NCBI GenBank assembly: GCA_050916045.1
Contig: CP051526.1
Coordinates: 192,001-256,000, forward strand
Source: Tepidisphaera sp.
GTDB lineage: Bacteria; Planctomycetota; Phycisphaerae; Phycisphaerales; UBA1924
DNA length: 64,000 nucleotides
Reading direction: 5' to 3'
In this document: positions 54,323 through 64,000 of the stretch, in pieces
How positions within the stretch are numbered: position 1 is the stretch's first letter
Layout: every line of letters begins with the position of its first letter
The notes under the pieces: model-generated
What the model was told of the DNA's origin: nothing
What the model saw: only the letters and a program-made list of their open reading frames with translations
The model's database searches: none
Made by a program: the position numbers and the translations under genes

Positions 54323-55582
54323 CTATGGTCGGGTTGCCAGTTTCTCGATCTCTGAGGCCGCTCGGTCGGCTCCGTGTTCGGATTTCATAAGGTTTGCCAG
54401 CCGATGGGCGTTTGACGAAGCGGCCGGGCTTTCGAGCATCGTGCGGATGGCGGAAGCCAAGCGGGCGGCGGTCACTTTCGGGCGGGGGAGGGTTTCGGAG
54501 ACGCCGAGGCGTTTGAGGCGGGCGGCGTTGTCGAACTGGTCGTGGGCGTGGGGGATGACGACCGTCGGTCGGCCGGCGCGGAGGGCTTGGCCGGTGCTTC
54601 CGATCCCGCCGTGGTGGACGTTCACGGCGCAGCGGGGCATGACGGCGGAGAAGCGGGCGTACTCGACCGCGAGCGAGCCGGCGGGGAGGTTCTTGGGCTC
54701 GGAGCGGCCGGGGCCGACGAGGAGCAAACCGCGGCGGCCGAGGATGCGGCAAGCCTCGGCGGCGTGCTCGTAGAAATCGCCCGCGACGTGGACGGCGGCG
54801 GTGCCGAGCGTGAAGAGGATCGGCGGCTCGCCCGCGGCGAGGAAGGCTTCGAGGCGTTCGCCGGCGGTCTCCTGTTCGCCGTGGCGGTCGTGCCAGGGGA
54901 AGCCGCAGATGACGCTTTGCGGCGGGTCGTCCGCGAGGGGCGGGCGGAGCACGGGGGACCACATGCCGAGGTTGATGGTGCCGCCGCGGGTGATGCGGAG
55001 GTATTCACGTTTGGCTTTCGCCAAGCCGATCTCGCGGCGGGCTTTGTGGATGATCGGGTCCATGAACCATCCGAGCATGGGGCCCTTGAGCGCGTGCATG
55101 AGCCAGAGGGTGAACCTGCCCGGATAGACGGACGACCAAGACTGCGGCGTGAAGAGATCGCCCCTGCTCATCCACATCATGGGAGCGAGCACGACGACCG
55201 CGCTGGGCACGCGTGCTTGTTCGGCTGCCCACGCGGCACCGAGGGCGATGTGGTGGTGGACGACGGCGTCGAACGAGCGTGCTTCGAGCTGTTCGCGGGC
55301 CGCCCGGAAGGACTCGGTGGCGAACTTTCCGACCAGCAGGTCGAGGACGACTTTGGCCCCCTTGCGCTCGTGCATGAGGTCGGGGATGGTCTCGTGGACC
55401 TTCTTGAGGTCCACGTGCTCACCGACACCGATGAAGCTGAGGCCGGCTTCTTCGACCTGCCCGCGGTAGTACGGGTTGGTCATCAGGACGGCTTGATGCC
55501 CCCGTTCCACGAGCGAGCGTCCGATGGCGATGAACGGGTTGACGTCGCCGTGGGAGCCGGCCGTGACAAGCAGGACGCGCAT
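54323..55582 (-). CDS. GT-B glycosyltransferase (family 1/28, rhamnosyltransferase-like)
   Basis: GSHGDVNPF, FTLGT, HHGGIGST, PHAHDQFDNA motifs. Confidence 0.9.
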   Translation of the reverse strand: MRVLLVTAGSHGDVNPFIAIGRSLVERGHQAVLMTNPYYRGQVEEAGLSFIGVGEHVDLKKVHETIPDLMHERKGAKVVLDLLVGKFATESFRAAREQLEARSFDAVVHHHIALGAAWAAEQARVPSAVVVLAPMMWMSRGDLFTPQSWSSVYPGRFTLWLMHALKGPMLGWFMDPIIHKARREIGLAKAKREYLRITRGGTINLGMWSPVLRPPLADDPPQSVICGFPWHDRHGEQETAGERLEAFLAAGEPPILFTLGTAAVHVAGDFYEHAAEACRILGRRGLLLVGPGRSEPKNLPAGSLAVEYARFSAVMPRCAVNVHHGGIGSTGQALRAGRPTVVIPHAHDQFDNAARLKRLGVSETLPRPKVTAARLASAIRTMLESPAASSNAHRLANLMKSEHGADRAASEIEKLATRP

Positions 55583-55877
55583 ATCGGAGAATAGAAGGGG
55601 CCGGCGAGCCAGCGGTGGTGCGTCCCGCCGGAGGCGGCGTCGCGCGATATGGGACCCGCACAGGTTCCGCCCGGTTCTGAAGGGGTCGGGAATTGCTCAG
55701 GAGCGGGGTTGTCCGCCCGATACAGACTATTGTCCGGGTCCCGGTGCGAACTCCCGATAACGCGGGCCCGTACCGGAAGCTCGGGCTTTCGCTTGGACGG
55801 GTTGGGGGATGATGGGGGTAGGGTGGGGGAGGGTGGGGCTTCAGCGTCTTGGGTTCACTTATTGAAGGATTCGCCGA

Positions 55878-56936
55878 ATGTCGACCAACCGCCGCGCTCT
55901 TATCACTGGCATCACCGGGCAGGACGGCTCGTACCTGGCCGAGTTTCTGATCGAGAAGGGGTACGAGGTGCACGGGATCATCCGTCGCTCCTCCTCCTTC
56001 AACACCGGGCGCATCGACCACATCTATCTCGACCCGCACGTCAAGGGCGGCAAGCTCAAGCTTCACTACGGCGACCTGTGCGATGCCAACGGCCTCGCCA
56101 AGCTGATGCAGCAGGTGCGGCCGCACGAGGTGTACAACCTGGGCGCTCAGTCGCACGTGCGCGTGTCGTTCGACATGCCGCTTTACACGGCGGATAGCGT
56201 CGGGATGGGCGCTCTCCGCCTGCTCGAAGCCGTCCGCGAGTTCCAGCAGGAGTCCGGCCAGCAGGTGCGGTACTACCAGGCGAGCTCATCGGAGCAGTAC
56301 GGCAAGGTGGTCGAGACGCCCCAGACCGAGACGACGCCGTTCTACCCGCGTTCGCCGTACGCGTGTGCCAAGATGATGGCGCACTGGGCGACGGTCAACT
56401 ATCGCGAGAGCTATGGGATGCACGCTTCGTGCGGGATCCTGTTCAACCACGAGAGCCCGCGTCGCGGCGAGACGTTCGTGACGCGCAAGATCACGCGGGC
56501 GGTGGGGCGGATCAAGCTTGGCATGCAGGACAAGGTGTACCTGGGCAACCTCGACAGCAAGCGCGACTGGGGGTATGCGGGCGACTACGTCAAGATGATG
56601 TGGATGATGCTCCAGCAGGAGAAGCCCGACGACTACGTGATCGCGACGGGCAAGACGATCAGCGTGCGCGAGTTCTGCGAGCTTGCGTTCCGCCACGTGG
56701 GCCTCGACTACAAGGACTATGTCGCGTTTGACCAGCGGTACCTGCGGCCGGCCGAGGTCGACCTGCTCCTGGGCGACCCGACGAAAGCCAAGCAGAAGCT
56801 CGGTTGGGTCCCGACGACGTCGGTCGAGCAGCTCGCGGCGATGATGGTGGACTACGACCTTGAGCTGGCCAAGCGTGAGAAGACCCTCCGCGACGCGGGC
56901 CACAAGATGCCGGAGTACGCCGGGCACGATCAGTAG
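55878..56936 (+). CDS. gmd: GDP-mannose 4,6-dehydratase
   Basis: [46 protein letters not shown]. Confidence 0.98.
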   Translation: MSTNRRALITGITGQDGSYLAEFLIEKGYEVHGIIRRSSSFNTGRIDHIYLDPHVKGGKLKLHYGDLCDANGLAKLMQQVRPHEVYNLGAQSHVRVSFDMPLYTADSVGMGALRLLEAVREFQQESGQQVRYYQASSSEQYGKVVETPQTETTPFYPRSPYACAKMMAHWATVNYRESYGMHASCGILFNHESPRRGETFVTRKITRAVGRIKLGMQDKVYLGNLDSKRDWGYAGDYVKMMWMMLQQEKPDDYVIATGKTISVREFCELAFRHVGLDYKDYVAFDQRYLRPAEVDLLLGDPTKAKQKLGWVPTTSVEQLAAMMVDYDLELAKREKTLRDAGHKMPEYAGHDQ

Positions 56937-56956
56937 TAGACCGAACGAGGCCGGAA

Positions 56957-57721
56957 CTAAGTTCGTTTCTCGGTCGCGCGTCCAAGTCCGCACTCGGGAC
57001 AGCCGGGTGCTGTTTGTTGGCGGAGGTCGTACGCACAAGTCGGGCACCGTCCGAGCCGTTTCCACCATGCTCCGCGAATACTCCGCGGGGCGTAAGTAAT
57101 CGCGAGCCACGCGCCCGTGTAAAGCAGGGTGTTCGAGATCAGGCCAAACCAGACCGGCTTCAGCGGCAGTGCGCGCGGCTCGGATATGTGATTTGTGCGT
57201 ATCCGCTTCATGAAGCAGTTCAGTGAAATGGCATCATGAGTCGGATAGAAATCGAACTCGTGTGCTTTCCAGCCGGGAATCGGGTCGTCAAACGAGCAGG
57301 CCAGCGCACGGAACGGCCAACCGGTTCGCATCTCAGTCAGGGACGACTCGCTGTTCGCGCCCGTATTGGACCACGGTGCGGACGGTCGCGATGGACGTGT
57401 CGTGTTCCACGCCGCAGACCATGAAGGAGTCATGGTTCCCGCCTTTCCCTTGTCGCTCGCTTTCAAGACTGGCGAAGAAGGGTCGCTCGGAGGTTCATTC
57501 TGCCACGCGACGTTCACGAGGTCCTTCCATGTATCGGACGTCATGGAAGTGTGAACCGTAAACCCCTCGTGCGCGATCTCTTCAGACTCTCCAAGAAGTT
57601 CGAGGTGGCTCACAACAGCCGGGGGTGTCCATGCGACCACGAGTGTGGTCGCGAAGCCAAGAAGGAACGCGAAGGTGAGCCGGATCGCAGGCCAAACTCT
57701 GGAGCGAGAGACCTCCGTCAT
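56957..57721 (-). CDS. Hypothetical membrane protein with a C-terminal zinc ribbon
   Basis: N-terminal TM, GWPFRA, LPLKP.W.G...NT..Y, C-terminal CPTCAYDL....CPECG. Confidence 0.7.
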   Translation of the reverse strand: MTEVSRSRVWPAIRLTFAFLLGFATTLVVAWTPPAVVSHLELLGESEEIAHEGFTVHTSMTSDTWKDLVNVAWQNEPPSDPSSPVLKASDKGKAGTMTPSWSAAWNTTRPSRPSAPWSNTGANSESSLTEMRTGWPFRALACSFDDPIPGWKAHEFDFYPTHDAISLNCFMKRIRTNHISEPRALPLKPVWFGLISNTLLYTGAWLAITYAPRSIRGAWWKRLGRCPTCAYDLRQQTAPGCPECGLGRATEKRT

Positions 57722-57797
57722 GTGCCAAGTGTACGCGACGGCGCATCGGGACCACAGATCGTGGATCAGCGTGCGCTGCCCGTAACCGCCTTGCTGC

Positions 57798-59378
57798 TTA
57801 TACCCCGAGCTTGGTCGAAAGCCACGCCGGCACCTGATCGATCGCGACCTTCTCCTGCTGGGCTGTGTCGCGGTCGCGGATCGTCACGACCTGGCCCGTC
57901 AGCGTGTCGTTGTCGATGGTGATGCAGTACGGCGTGCCGGCTTCGTCCATGCGGGCGTAGCGTTTGCCGATGGACTGCTTCTCGTCCATCTCGATGACGC
58001 CGATCTTCCAGAACTTGTCGGTGAGGGCGGTGTGGAGCTTTTCGGCGATCTCGGGCATGCCGTCCTTGGCGACCAGGGGGAAGACGGCGGCTTTGATCGG
58101 AGCGACGCGCGGGTGGAACTTCATGAATTCCGGGCTGGCGCGGCTTTCGTCCTTGGTGTACCCCTCGCAGAGCAACGCCAGCACGCCGCGGTCGAGGCCG
58201 GCGGCGGGCTCGATGCAGTGGGGGAGGTAGCGTTCGCCGCGGCGTGAGCCGTTGGGCAGGAGCTCACCGCGCTCGGTGTCGTTGTACTCGAGCTTGACCT
58301 TGCTGTGCGTCTGGTGCTGCGTGAGGTCGTAGTTGCCGCGGTGGGCGATCCCTTCGAGCTCGCCAAAGCCGGGAGCGGTGAAGGGGAAGCGATACTCAAC
58401 GTCGGAGGTGCCGACGGAGTAGTGCGAGAGCTCATCCTTGTCGTGCTCGCGGAGGATGAGGTTGTCGCCGGCGAGGCCGATGTCCTTCCACCACTGCATG
58501 CGGAAGTCGCGCCAGAACTTGTACCAGGCTTGCGATTCGTCGGGGTGGCAGAAGAACTCGAGCTCCATCTGCTCGAACTCGCGGGAGCGGAAGGTGAAGT
58601 TGCGGGGCGTGACCTCGTTGCGGAAGGAGGTGCCGACGTTGCCGATGCCGAAGGGGACCTTGACGCGGGTGGAGTCGACCACGTTTTTGAACTGGAGGAA
58701 GATGCCCTGAGCGGTCTCTGGACGGAGGTAGGCGACATCGTCCTCGCTCGCGGTCGCGCCGATGTAGGTCTTGAACATCAGGTTGAACTGCTTGGGCTCG
58801 GTGAGCGTGCCGACTTTGTCAGCGTCAGGCCCGAGCACCTTGGCGAAGTCCGCGACGGGGATTTCGGTGAGCGCGATGACCTTCACCTGGCCGAAGGCTT
58901 TCTCGGCTTTCTTCTGCTGTTTGGCTTCGCTGGGCGAATCCTTCATGAACGCGAAGAGCGGTTTGTCACCGGGGTCGCCGGCGGCGGGGACGAAGACGCT
59001 GACATGGTCGTAGCGGTAACGCTGCTTGGTTTCTTTGCAGTCGACCATGGGGTCGTTGAACCCGCCGACGTGGCCGCTTGCGACCCAGGCTTTGGGATGC
59101 TGGATGATGCGTGTTTCGAGGGGGACGCAGCGGACGGGGGCGCCGTTGGGGCCGTGCTTGCCCCACGCCGGGCGCATGATCATGTCCTGCCACCAGGCTT
59201 CGCGGAGGTTTTTCTTGAGCTGGGCACCGAGGGGGCCGTAATCCCAGAAGCCGTTGATGCCGCCGTAGATGTCCGACGCCTGGAAGATGAAGCCGCGGCG
59301 CTTGCAGAGCGCCATGATGGCGTCCATGGACTTGGCGGGGGAAGGCGAAGCAGAAGCCGAGGATTCCGGGGTCGTCAT
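57798..59378 (-). CDS. glyQS: Glycine--tRNA ligase (alpha2 type)
   Basis: CKRRGF, WDYGPLG, FNLMF, YLRPETAQGIF, FRNE, REFEQME, ELEGIAHR, IEP, IGKRYARMDEAGTP. Confidence 0.97.
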   Translation of the reverse strand: MTTPESSASASPSPAKSMDAIMALCKRRGFIFQASDIYGGINGFWDYGPLGAQLKKNLREAWWQDMIMRPAWGKHGPNGAPVRCVPLETRIIQHPKAWVASGHVGGFNDPMVDCKETKQRYRYDHVSVFVPAAGDPGDKPLFAFMKDSPSEAKQQKKAEKAFGQVKVIALTEIPVADFAKVLGPDADKVGTLTEPKQFNLMFKTYIGATASEDDVAYLRPETAQGIFLQFKNVVDSTRVKVPFGIGNVGTSFRNEVTPRNFTFRSREFEQMELEFFCHPDESQAWYKFWRDFRMQWWKDIGLAGDNLILREHDKDELSHYSVGTSDVEYRFPFTAPGFGELEGIAHRGNYDLTQHQTHSKVKLEYNDTERGELLPNGSRRGERYLPHCIEPAAGLDRGVLALLCEGYTKDESRASPEFMKFHPRVAPIKAAVFPLVAKDGMPEIAEKLHTALTDKFWKIGVIEMDEKQSIGKRYARMDEAGTPYCITIDNDTLTGQVVTIRDRDTAQQEKVAIDQVPAWLSTKLGV

Positions 59379-59401
59379 AAGGCCCGATGGTAGGGGAGGC
59401 C

Positions 59402-60649
59402 TCAGCGCTTGGTGGCTTTGGAAGCCGCTTTCAGGTCGGCGACGGTCAGCACCGTGGCCGTCCCGCCGCCGTGCTCCTTGGCGATGAGGTCCATGAGGCC
59501 GGAGGGGTCCTTGGCGACGAACTGGATGGTGCGGATGGTGGTGGCGCGGCGGCCGGAAGCGTCTTTGGGGTTGGCTTCATCGAGCGCGAGCATGACCTGG
59601 CGTTCGCCGGGGCCCCAACTGGTGCCACTACGGCGGATGCCGCGGGTGAGGAGGAAGACCACGTCGGGCTTCATTGAGAGCGCGAGGCGCAAGCCGGTCA
59701 GGGGGTTGGAAGCACCGTCGGACTGGAGGTTTCCGACGAGTGAGGCGAGCTGCTTGCGGGAGTCTTCGCCGACCCGGAGGAGCGCGGGGGGCGAGGCATT
59801 GCCAGCCGCGGCTGCTTGGCCAAGCCAGAGTGCCGAGGCGTACAGGTCTTCGAGCGGCGGAAGCGCGGTCGTCGACTCGGGCTTGTCCCCGTCGAAGGCG
59901 GGATCATGGGTTTCCGAAGCTTGGGAAGCGTCGCCGCTTGCGGCGTTTTGCGAGCCGGCGGGGGGCGTCGGGTCGCGGAAGAGGACGACCTGAAACTCCT
60001 GATCGGGGCCGAGGCGATTGACGCAGCGTTTGAGTTCCTCAAGCACGAACGGCAGCGACCCGACCATTACGCCGGAGATGTCGACGGCGTAGACGACGCG
60101 TTTGGCCCGATCGGCTTTCACTCCGGCGAACGCCGCGATGGGGCGGACCTCGGGGGGAGGCTCGGGCGTGGCGTGCTTGGGCGGAGCGGGGGCGGCGGGC
60201 GGCGCGGACGGCGGAGCTTCGATCGAGATGGCAAAGGACGGCTTGGGCGTCGGGAGCTCGATGGGCACCTTTGCGGCCGGTGCGTCGGGCTGGGGCAGCG
60301 TCGCGACGCTGGGCTCGGACGGGGGCGCGGGCTCAGCCGGAGCGGCATCGGCTTGGGCGGGAGCCGGCTCGGGCGTTGGCGGCGTCGGCTCGGGAATCAG
60401 AGCCGGAGCGGGCTCGGGGGGAGCGGGTACGGGCAGGGTGGGTGCGGCCGGAGGCGGATCCGTCATGGCCAGATCGAGGCCGAGGACGACGGTGTCGCTT
60501 TCACCCACGATGTCGGTCGTCGGCGGCGGGTTGCTCGGGGGCCTGGTGAGGACGAGCAAGCCGGCGGCGTGGACGCAGAGCGAGAGCACGACGGCGGCGA
60601 GCATGGCTCGGTCGGTCCTTCGTGTTCCGGCGTTCCGTCGCGTCATCAT
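59402..60649 (-). CDS. Membrane-anchored Pro-rich vWA-domain protein
   Basis: SLCVH TonB-like anchor, Pro/Ala-rich linker, VVYAVDISGVM, FQVVLF, PDVVFLLT, IAKEHGG. Confidence 0.75.
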   Translation of the reverse strand: MMTRRNAGTRRTDRAMLAAVVLSLCVHAAGLLVLTRPPSNPPPTTDIVGESDTVVLGLDLAMTDPPPAAPTLPVPAPPEPAPALIPEPTPPTPEPAPAQADAAPAEPAPPSEPSVATLPQPDAPAAKVPIELPTPKPSFAISIEAPPSAPPAAPAPPKHATPEPPPEVRPIAAFAGVKADRAKRVVYAVDISGVMVGSLPFVLEELKRCVNRLGPDQEFQVVLFRDPTPPAGSQNAASGDASQASETHDPAFDGDKPESTTALPPLEDLYASALWLGQAAAAGNASPPALLRVGEDSRKQLASLVGNLQSDGASNPLTGLRLALSMKPDVVFLLTRGIRRSGTSWGPGERQVMLALDEANPKDASGRRATTIRTIQFVAKDPSGLMDLIAKEHGGGTATVLTVADLKAASKATKR

Positions 60650-60667
60650 CGCATCCAGTCCGACTGA

Positions 60668-61408
60668 CTAGTTGGTGGCTTGCGGACGGACCGCTTCACC
60701 CAGAAGCGGCCGGTCGAGAGAGATCGAGCCGGCTCCGAGGAAGACCAGAGCCAGATTCATCGAAAGCAGAGCCAGGATCCAGAGCGGGTTCATCCAGAAC
60801 GCGGTGTCCCACGGGTCGTGACGCGGCAGGAACCCAAGCACCGCATCGCCCGCTCGCCACGCCGGCCCGATGAGCAAAAGCCACATCCCTACCGCCATAT
60901 GGCCCGCCAAGACGATCGCCCAAAGCCGCGTCAAGAGCCCGAGCAGGAGGCAGACGCCGCCCGCGATGTCGGTGATCGCGACGACCCAGGCGAGGATCGG
61001 AGCGTTGGAACCCGCGGCGAACGAAGGCCAGATCGAGCGCGGCGGCTGTCCGGGCTGAATCTCCCGGGGCTCGGCGGCTTCCAGCAAACGAAGCGTGACG
61101 CTGGTGTGCATCCGTCGCACGCGGACCGGTTCGGGGAAATCCGCCGCGCTGTACATCAGTTTCGGGGTTGCGGTCGTGCTCGGAGCCGTCGGCTGGGCTC
61201 CGGACTCCGGCCCCGCGTGGTCGCCCTTGGGGTCGGAGGAGGACTTTGGAAGCTCGAGCACGCCGACATTGGCGAGCCGCGCGGCTTGCTCGCCCTTCAC
61301 CTCGTCGTACGCGTTGAACTTGCCGAGTCCGGCCCAAAGGAACGTGAGCCCGAGGACAAGCCTGAGCAGCAGCGGCGCGATTTTCGACGATTGCCCTTGG
61401 CGGACCAT
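60668..61408 (-). CDS. DoxX-family membrane protein
   Basis: LLRLVLGLTFLWAGLGK, LLLGLLTRL, GAGSISLD motifs; GGAGG upstream. Confidence 0.85.
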   Translation of the reverse strand: MVRQGQSSKIAPLLLRLVLGLTFLWAGLGKFNAYDEVKGEQAARLANVGVLELPKSSSDPKGDHAGPESGAQPTAPSTTATPKLMYSAADFPEPVRVRRMHTSVTLRLLEAAEPREIQPGQPPRSIWPSFAAGSNAPILAWVVAITDIAGGVCLLLGLLTRLWAIVLAGHMAVGMWLLLIGPAWRAGDAVLGFLPRHDPWDTAFWMNPLWILALLSMNLALVFLGAGSISLDRPLLGEAVRPQATN

Positions 61409-61466
61409 GGCGGCGCCTCCTGCTTGAACTATAGGGGCGTGGGCCGGGGGCCCGGCGCGGGGCTGG

Positions 61467-63389
61467 TCAGCCCTTGGCTTCCAGTTCGGCCCAGCGGGCG
61501 AAGAGCTGGTCGAGCTTGGTCTGGGCTTGGGCGTGGGCGTTGCAAGCGGCGGCGTATCGCTTGTGGTCGGCGATGGCTTTGGGGTCGTTCATGGCGACTT
61601 GGGCTTCGGCCAGAGCCTTCTCCGCCGCGTGGATCGAAGCTTCCATCCCGGCGAGCTCCTGCTGCTCCTTGTAGGAGAGCTTTTTCTTGGCCGGGGCGGG
61701 GGGTGGGGCTGGCGTGGCGGCTTTGGCTGATTCGGCGGCACGTTGCGCGGCCGGATCCGCTTCGTGCTTTACCCGGCGTTCCCACTGGGAGTAGTCGGCG
61801 AAGTAACGGCAGCCGCCGCGGCCGTCGAGGGCGAGGATGCGGGTCGAGAGGCGGGCGATCATCGCGCGATCGTGCGTGACGAGGATCACCGCACCGGGGA
61901 AGTCCTCGAGGCTTTCTTCGAGCACTTCGAGCGACGGGATGTCGAGGTCGTTGGTCGGTTCGTCGAGGATGAGGATGTCCGCGGGCTCAAGCATGAGGCG
62001 GGCGATGTGCACGCGGGCTTGTTCGCCGCCGGAAAGGGCGCGGACGGGGTTCTTGAGTTGGTCCTTGGTGAAGAGGAATCGCGCCGCCCAAGTGTTCACA
62101 TGGAGGACCTGGCCGCGGTAGATCACCGCGTCGGAGTGGGGGCTGAACGCTTCGGCGAGGGTCTGGCCGGGGTTGAGCCCCTCGCGGTGCTGGGAGAAGA
62201 TGACCGTGCGGAGCTTGTCGGCTTTGCGGATGGTGCCCGGTGCGGGCGTGCCGGGTGGGATGTTGACGGCCTGGGCTGCTTCCTTGACGGCTTCGGGCGT
62301 GGGCGGGTCGAGGGGGAGCTCGCCGGTGAGGACCTTGATGAGCGAGGACTTGCCCGAGCCGTTGGGGCCGAGGAGCCCGAGGATCTCTCCGGGCGAGAGG
62401 ACCATGTCGAGGTCGGTGAAGAGCCTGCGTCCGCCGAGGGACTTCGTGATCGCGCGGGCGACCAGCAGCTTGTGGGTGAGGCGTTCGGTCGCGGTGAAGT
62501 CGATCCCGGCGGCTTTGCTCGGCGTGTTTCGGGCGCGGAGCTCGTCGAGCTCGTCCATGCGTTCGTAGGAGGCGTCGATGCGGCTTTTGCTCTTGGTGCG
62601 GCGGGCCTGGGCGCCGCGGCCGAGCCAGCGGAGGTCTTCGCGGACCTGATTGGCGAGCGCGGCTTCGGCTTTGGCCTGGCCTTCGAGGAACTCCTGCTTG
62701 CGGCGGAGGAACTCGGAGTAGTTGCCCTTGACGGAAAAGGTGCCGCCCGGATATGCCGGGGAGAGCTCGACGATGCGGGAGGCGACGGACTCGAGGAACA
62801 TGCGGTCGTGCGTGACGACGACGGACGCGAACTGGTGGCGGCCGTGCATGGTGTCGATCCCGCCTTTGATGATCGATTCCAGCCAGTCGATTCCCTCGAC
62901 GTCGAGGTGGTTGGTGGGTTCGTCGAGCAGGAGGAGGTCGGGCTCCTTCGCGAGTTCGCGGGAGATGGCCAAACGCTTGCGCTGGCCGCCGGAGAGGGAT
63001 GCGGTGGCTTGCGAGAGGTCGGCGAATCCGACGCGCTCGAGGAGCATCTCCGCGGCGAGCTCGATCTCGTGCTCATCGTGGAGGTGTGCGGGCGGGTTCG
63101 CGGTCACGGCGTCGATCACCGCCGAGCGGATGGTGGATCCTTCGGGAAACCGGTCGGCCTGAGCGACATAGCAGACACGGACACCCTTGAGGAGAGAGAT
63201 CTCGGGGTTCGAGGCTTCGTCGGTGGCTTCCTGGCCCGCGAGGATCTTGAGGAGGGTCGACTTTCCCGAGCCGTTGGGGCCGATCAGGGCGAGACGCTCC
63301 CGTTCCTCGACGACGAGCCCCACCTTGGTGAAGAGCGTGCGAGTACCGAAGGTTTTCGTCAGGGATCGGGCGGACAGGAGCGCGGGCAT
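61467..63389 (-). CDS. ABC-F family ATPase (Uup-like)
   Basis: Two ABC domains (GPNGSGKS, LSGG, LDEPTN, VTHDR), no TM, C-terminal KKLSYKEQQEL...RWAELE. Confidence 0.93.
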   Translation of the reverse strand: MPALLSARSLTKTFGTRTLFTKVGLVVEERERLALIGPNGSGKSTLLKILAGQEATDEASNPEISLLKGVRVCYVAQADRFPEGSTIRSAVIDAVTANPPAHLHDEHEIELAAEMLLERVGFADLSQATASLSGGQRKRLAISRELAKEPDLLLLDEPTNHLDVEGIDWLESIIKGGIDTMHGRHQFASVVVTHDRMFLESVASRIVELSPAYPGGTFSVKGNYSEFLRRKQEFLEGQAKAEAALANQVREDLRWLGRGAQARRTKSKSRIDASYERMDELDELRARNTPSKAAGIDFTATERLTHKLLVARAITKSLGGRRLFTDLDMVLSPGEILGLLGPNGSGKSSLIKVLTGELPLDPPTPEAVKEAAQAVNIPPGTPAPGTIRKADKLRTVIFSQHREGLNPGQTLAEAFSPHSDAVIYRGQVLHVNTWAARFLFTKDQLKNPVRALSGGEQARVHIARLMLEPADILILDEPTNDLDIPSLEVLEESLEDFPGAVILVTHDRAMIARLSTRILALDGRGGCRYFADYSQWERRVKHEADPAAQRAAESAKAATPAPPPAPAKKKLSYKEQQELAGMEASIHAAEKALAEAQVAMNDPKAIADHKRYAAACNAHAQAQTKLDQLFARWAELEAKG

Positions 63390-63437
63390 GGCGGGAAAGT
63401 AGGCGGTGAATGCGGCCTCACCGAGCGACGCCCGGCT

Positions 63438-64000
63438 TTAGACGCACGCCTGAACGATCGCGGCGAAGTCCGGGGCTTTCAGGCTGGCGCCGCCGATGAG
63501 GCCGCCGTCGACATCGGGCTGGGTGACGATCTCGCGGGCGTTGGCGGGCTTGAGCGACCCGCCGTAGATGATCCGCGTCAGGTTGGCGACGTCCGGGTTG
63601 TAGAGCTGGCCGAGAAGCTTGCGGATCTTGGCGTGGACGTCCTGAGCGTCTCCGGGCGAAGCGTTTTTGCCGGTGCCGATGGCCCAGACGGGCTCGTACG
63701 CGATGACGACGCGGGACATCATGTCGGCGGTAACGTCGGCGAGGCCGGCGCGGACCTGGCGCTGGTTGACGGGGTCGGTGTGGCCGGCTTCCCGCTGCTC
63801 AAGTGTTTCGCCGACGCAGAGGATGCAGTCCAGTCCGGCGTCGAGGACGGCGCGGACCTTGGCGTTGACCAGTTCGTCGTTCTCACCCAGGACGTGGCGG
63901 CGTTCGGAGTGGCCGCAGAGCACGACCTGGACGCCGCAGTCCTTGAGCATGTCGACCGAGACCTCGCCCGTGTACGCGCCGTCGGGCTTGTGGGAAGCGT
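63438..64000 (-). CDS. tpiA: Triosephosphate isomerase (5' part outside the window)
   Basis: GHSERR, CVGETL, IAYEPVWAIGTG, YGGS, DGGLIGGASL. Confidence 0.98.
   Translation of the reverse strand, partial: ASHKPDGAYTGEVSVDMLKDCGVQVVLCGHSERRHVLGENDELVNAKVRAVLDAGLDCILCVGETLEQREAGHTDPVNQRQVRAGLADVTADMMSRVVIAYEPVWAIGTGKNASPGDAQDVHAKIRKLLGQLYNPDVANLTRIIYGGSLKPANAREIVTQPDVDGGLIGGASLKAPDFAAIVQACV

Overview
GC-rich bacterial DNA, most likely Planctomycetota (Phycisphaerales-like). This is inferred from a GC-type dockerin-anchored secreted protein, a HYExAFE-motif protein and a C-terminal CxxC-YDL-CPECG membrane protein. Bases 1-28.2 kb hold a type VI secretion (T6SS) locus: a partial TssM-C-terminal-like gene, a tagF-like gene, an embedded two-partner secretion pair (TpsB plus a 2373-aa filamentous-haemagglutinin-like TpsA), then tssA-tssB-tssC-hcp-tagJ-tssE-tssF-tssG-clpV-vgrG. 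After vgrG come a candidate caspase-like (CHAT/clan CD, His-Gly...Cys) protease effector, three translationally coupled PepSY/propeptide-like small genes, a lipoprotein and a PAAR gene. Next is a nonsense-interrupted NYN ribonuclease gene with a candidate ~60-nt divergent small RNA that has its own promoter and terminator. The remaining 29-64 kb is mostly housekeeping (dnaN, tkt, pdxJ, trpC, rarA, gmd, glyQS, ABC-F, tpiA and others); eleven of these genes have a TANNNT box 5-8 nt before the start codon, suggesting leaderless transcripts. No CRISPR array, rRNA, tRNA or transposase was seen. All assignments come from motif recognition by eye; no database search was run.
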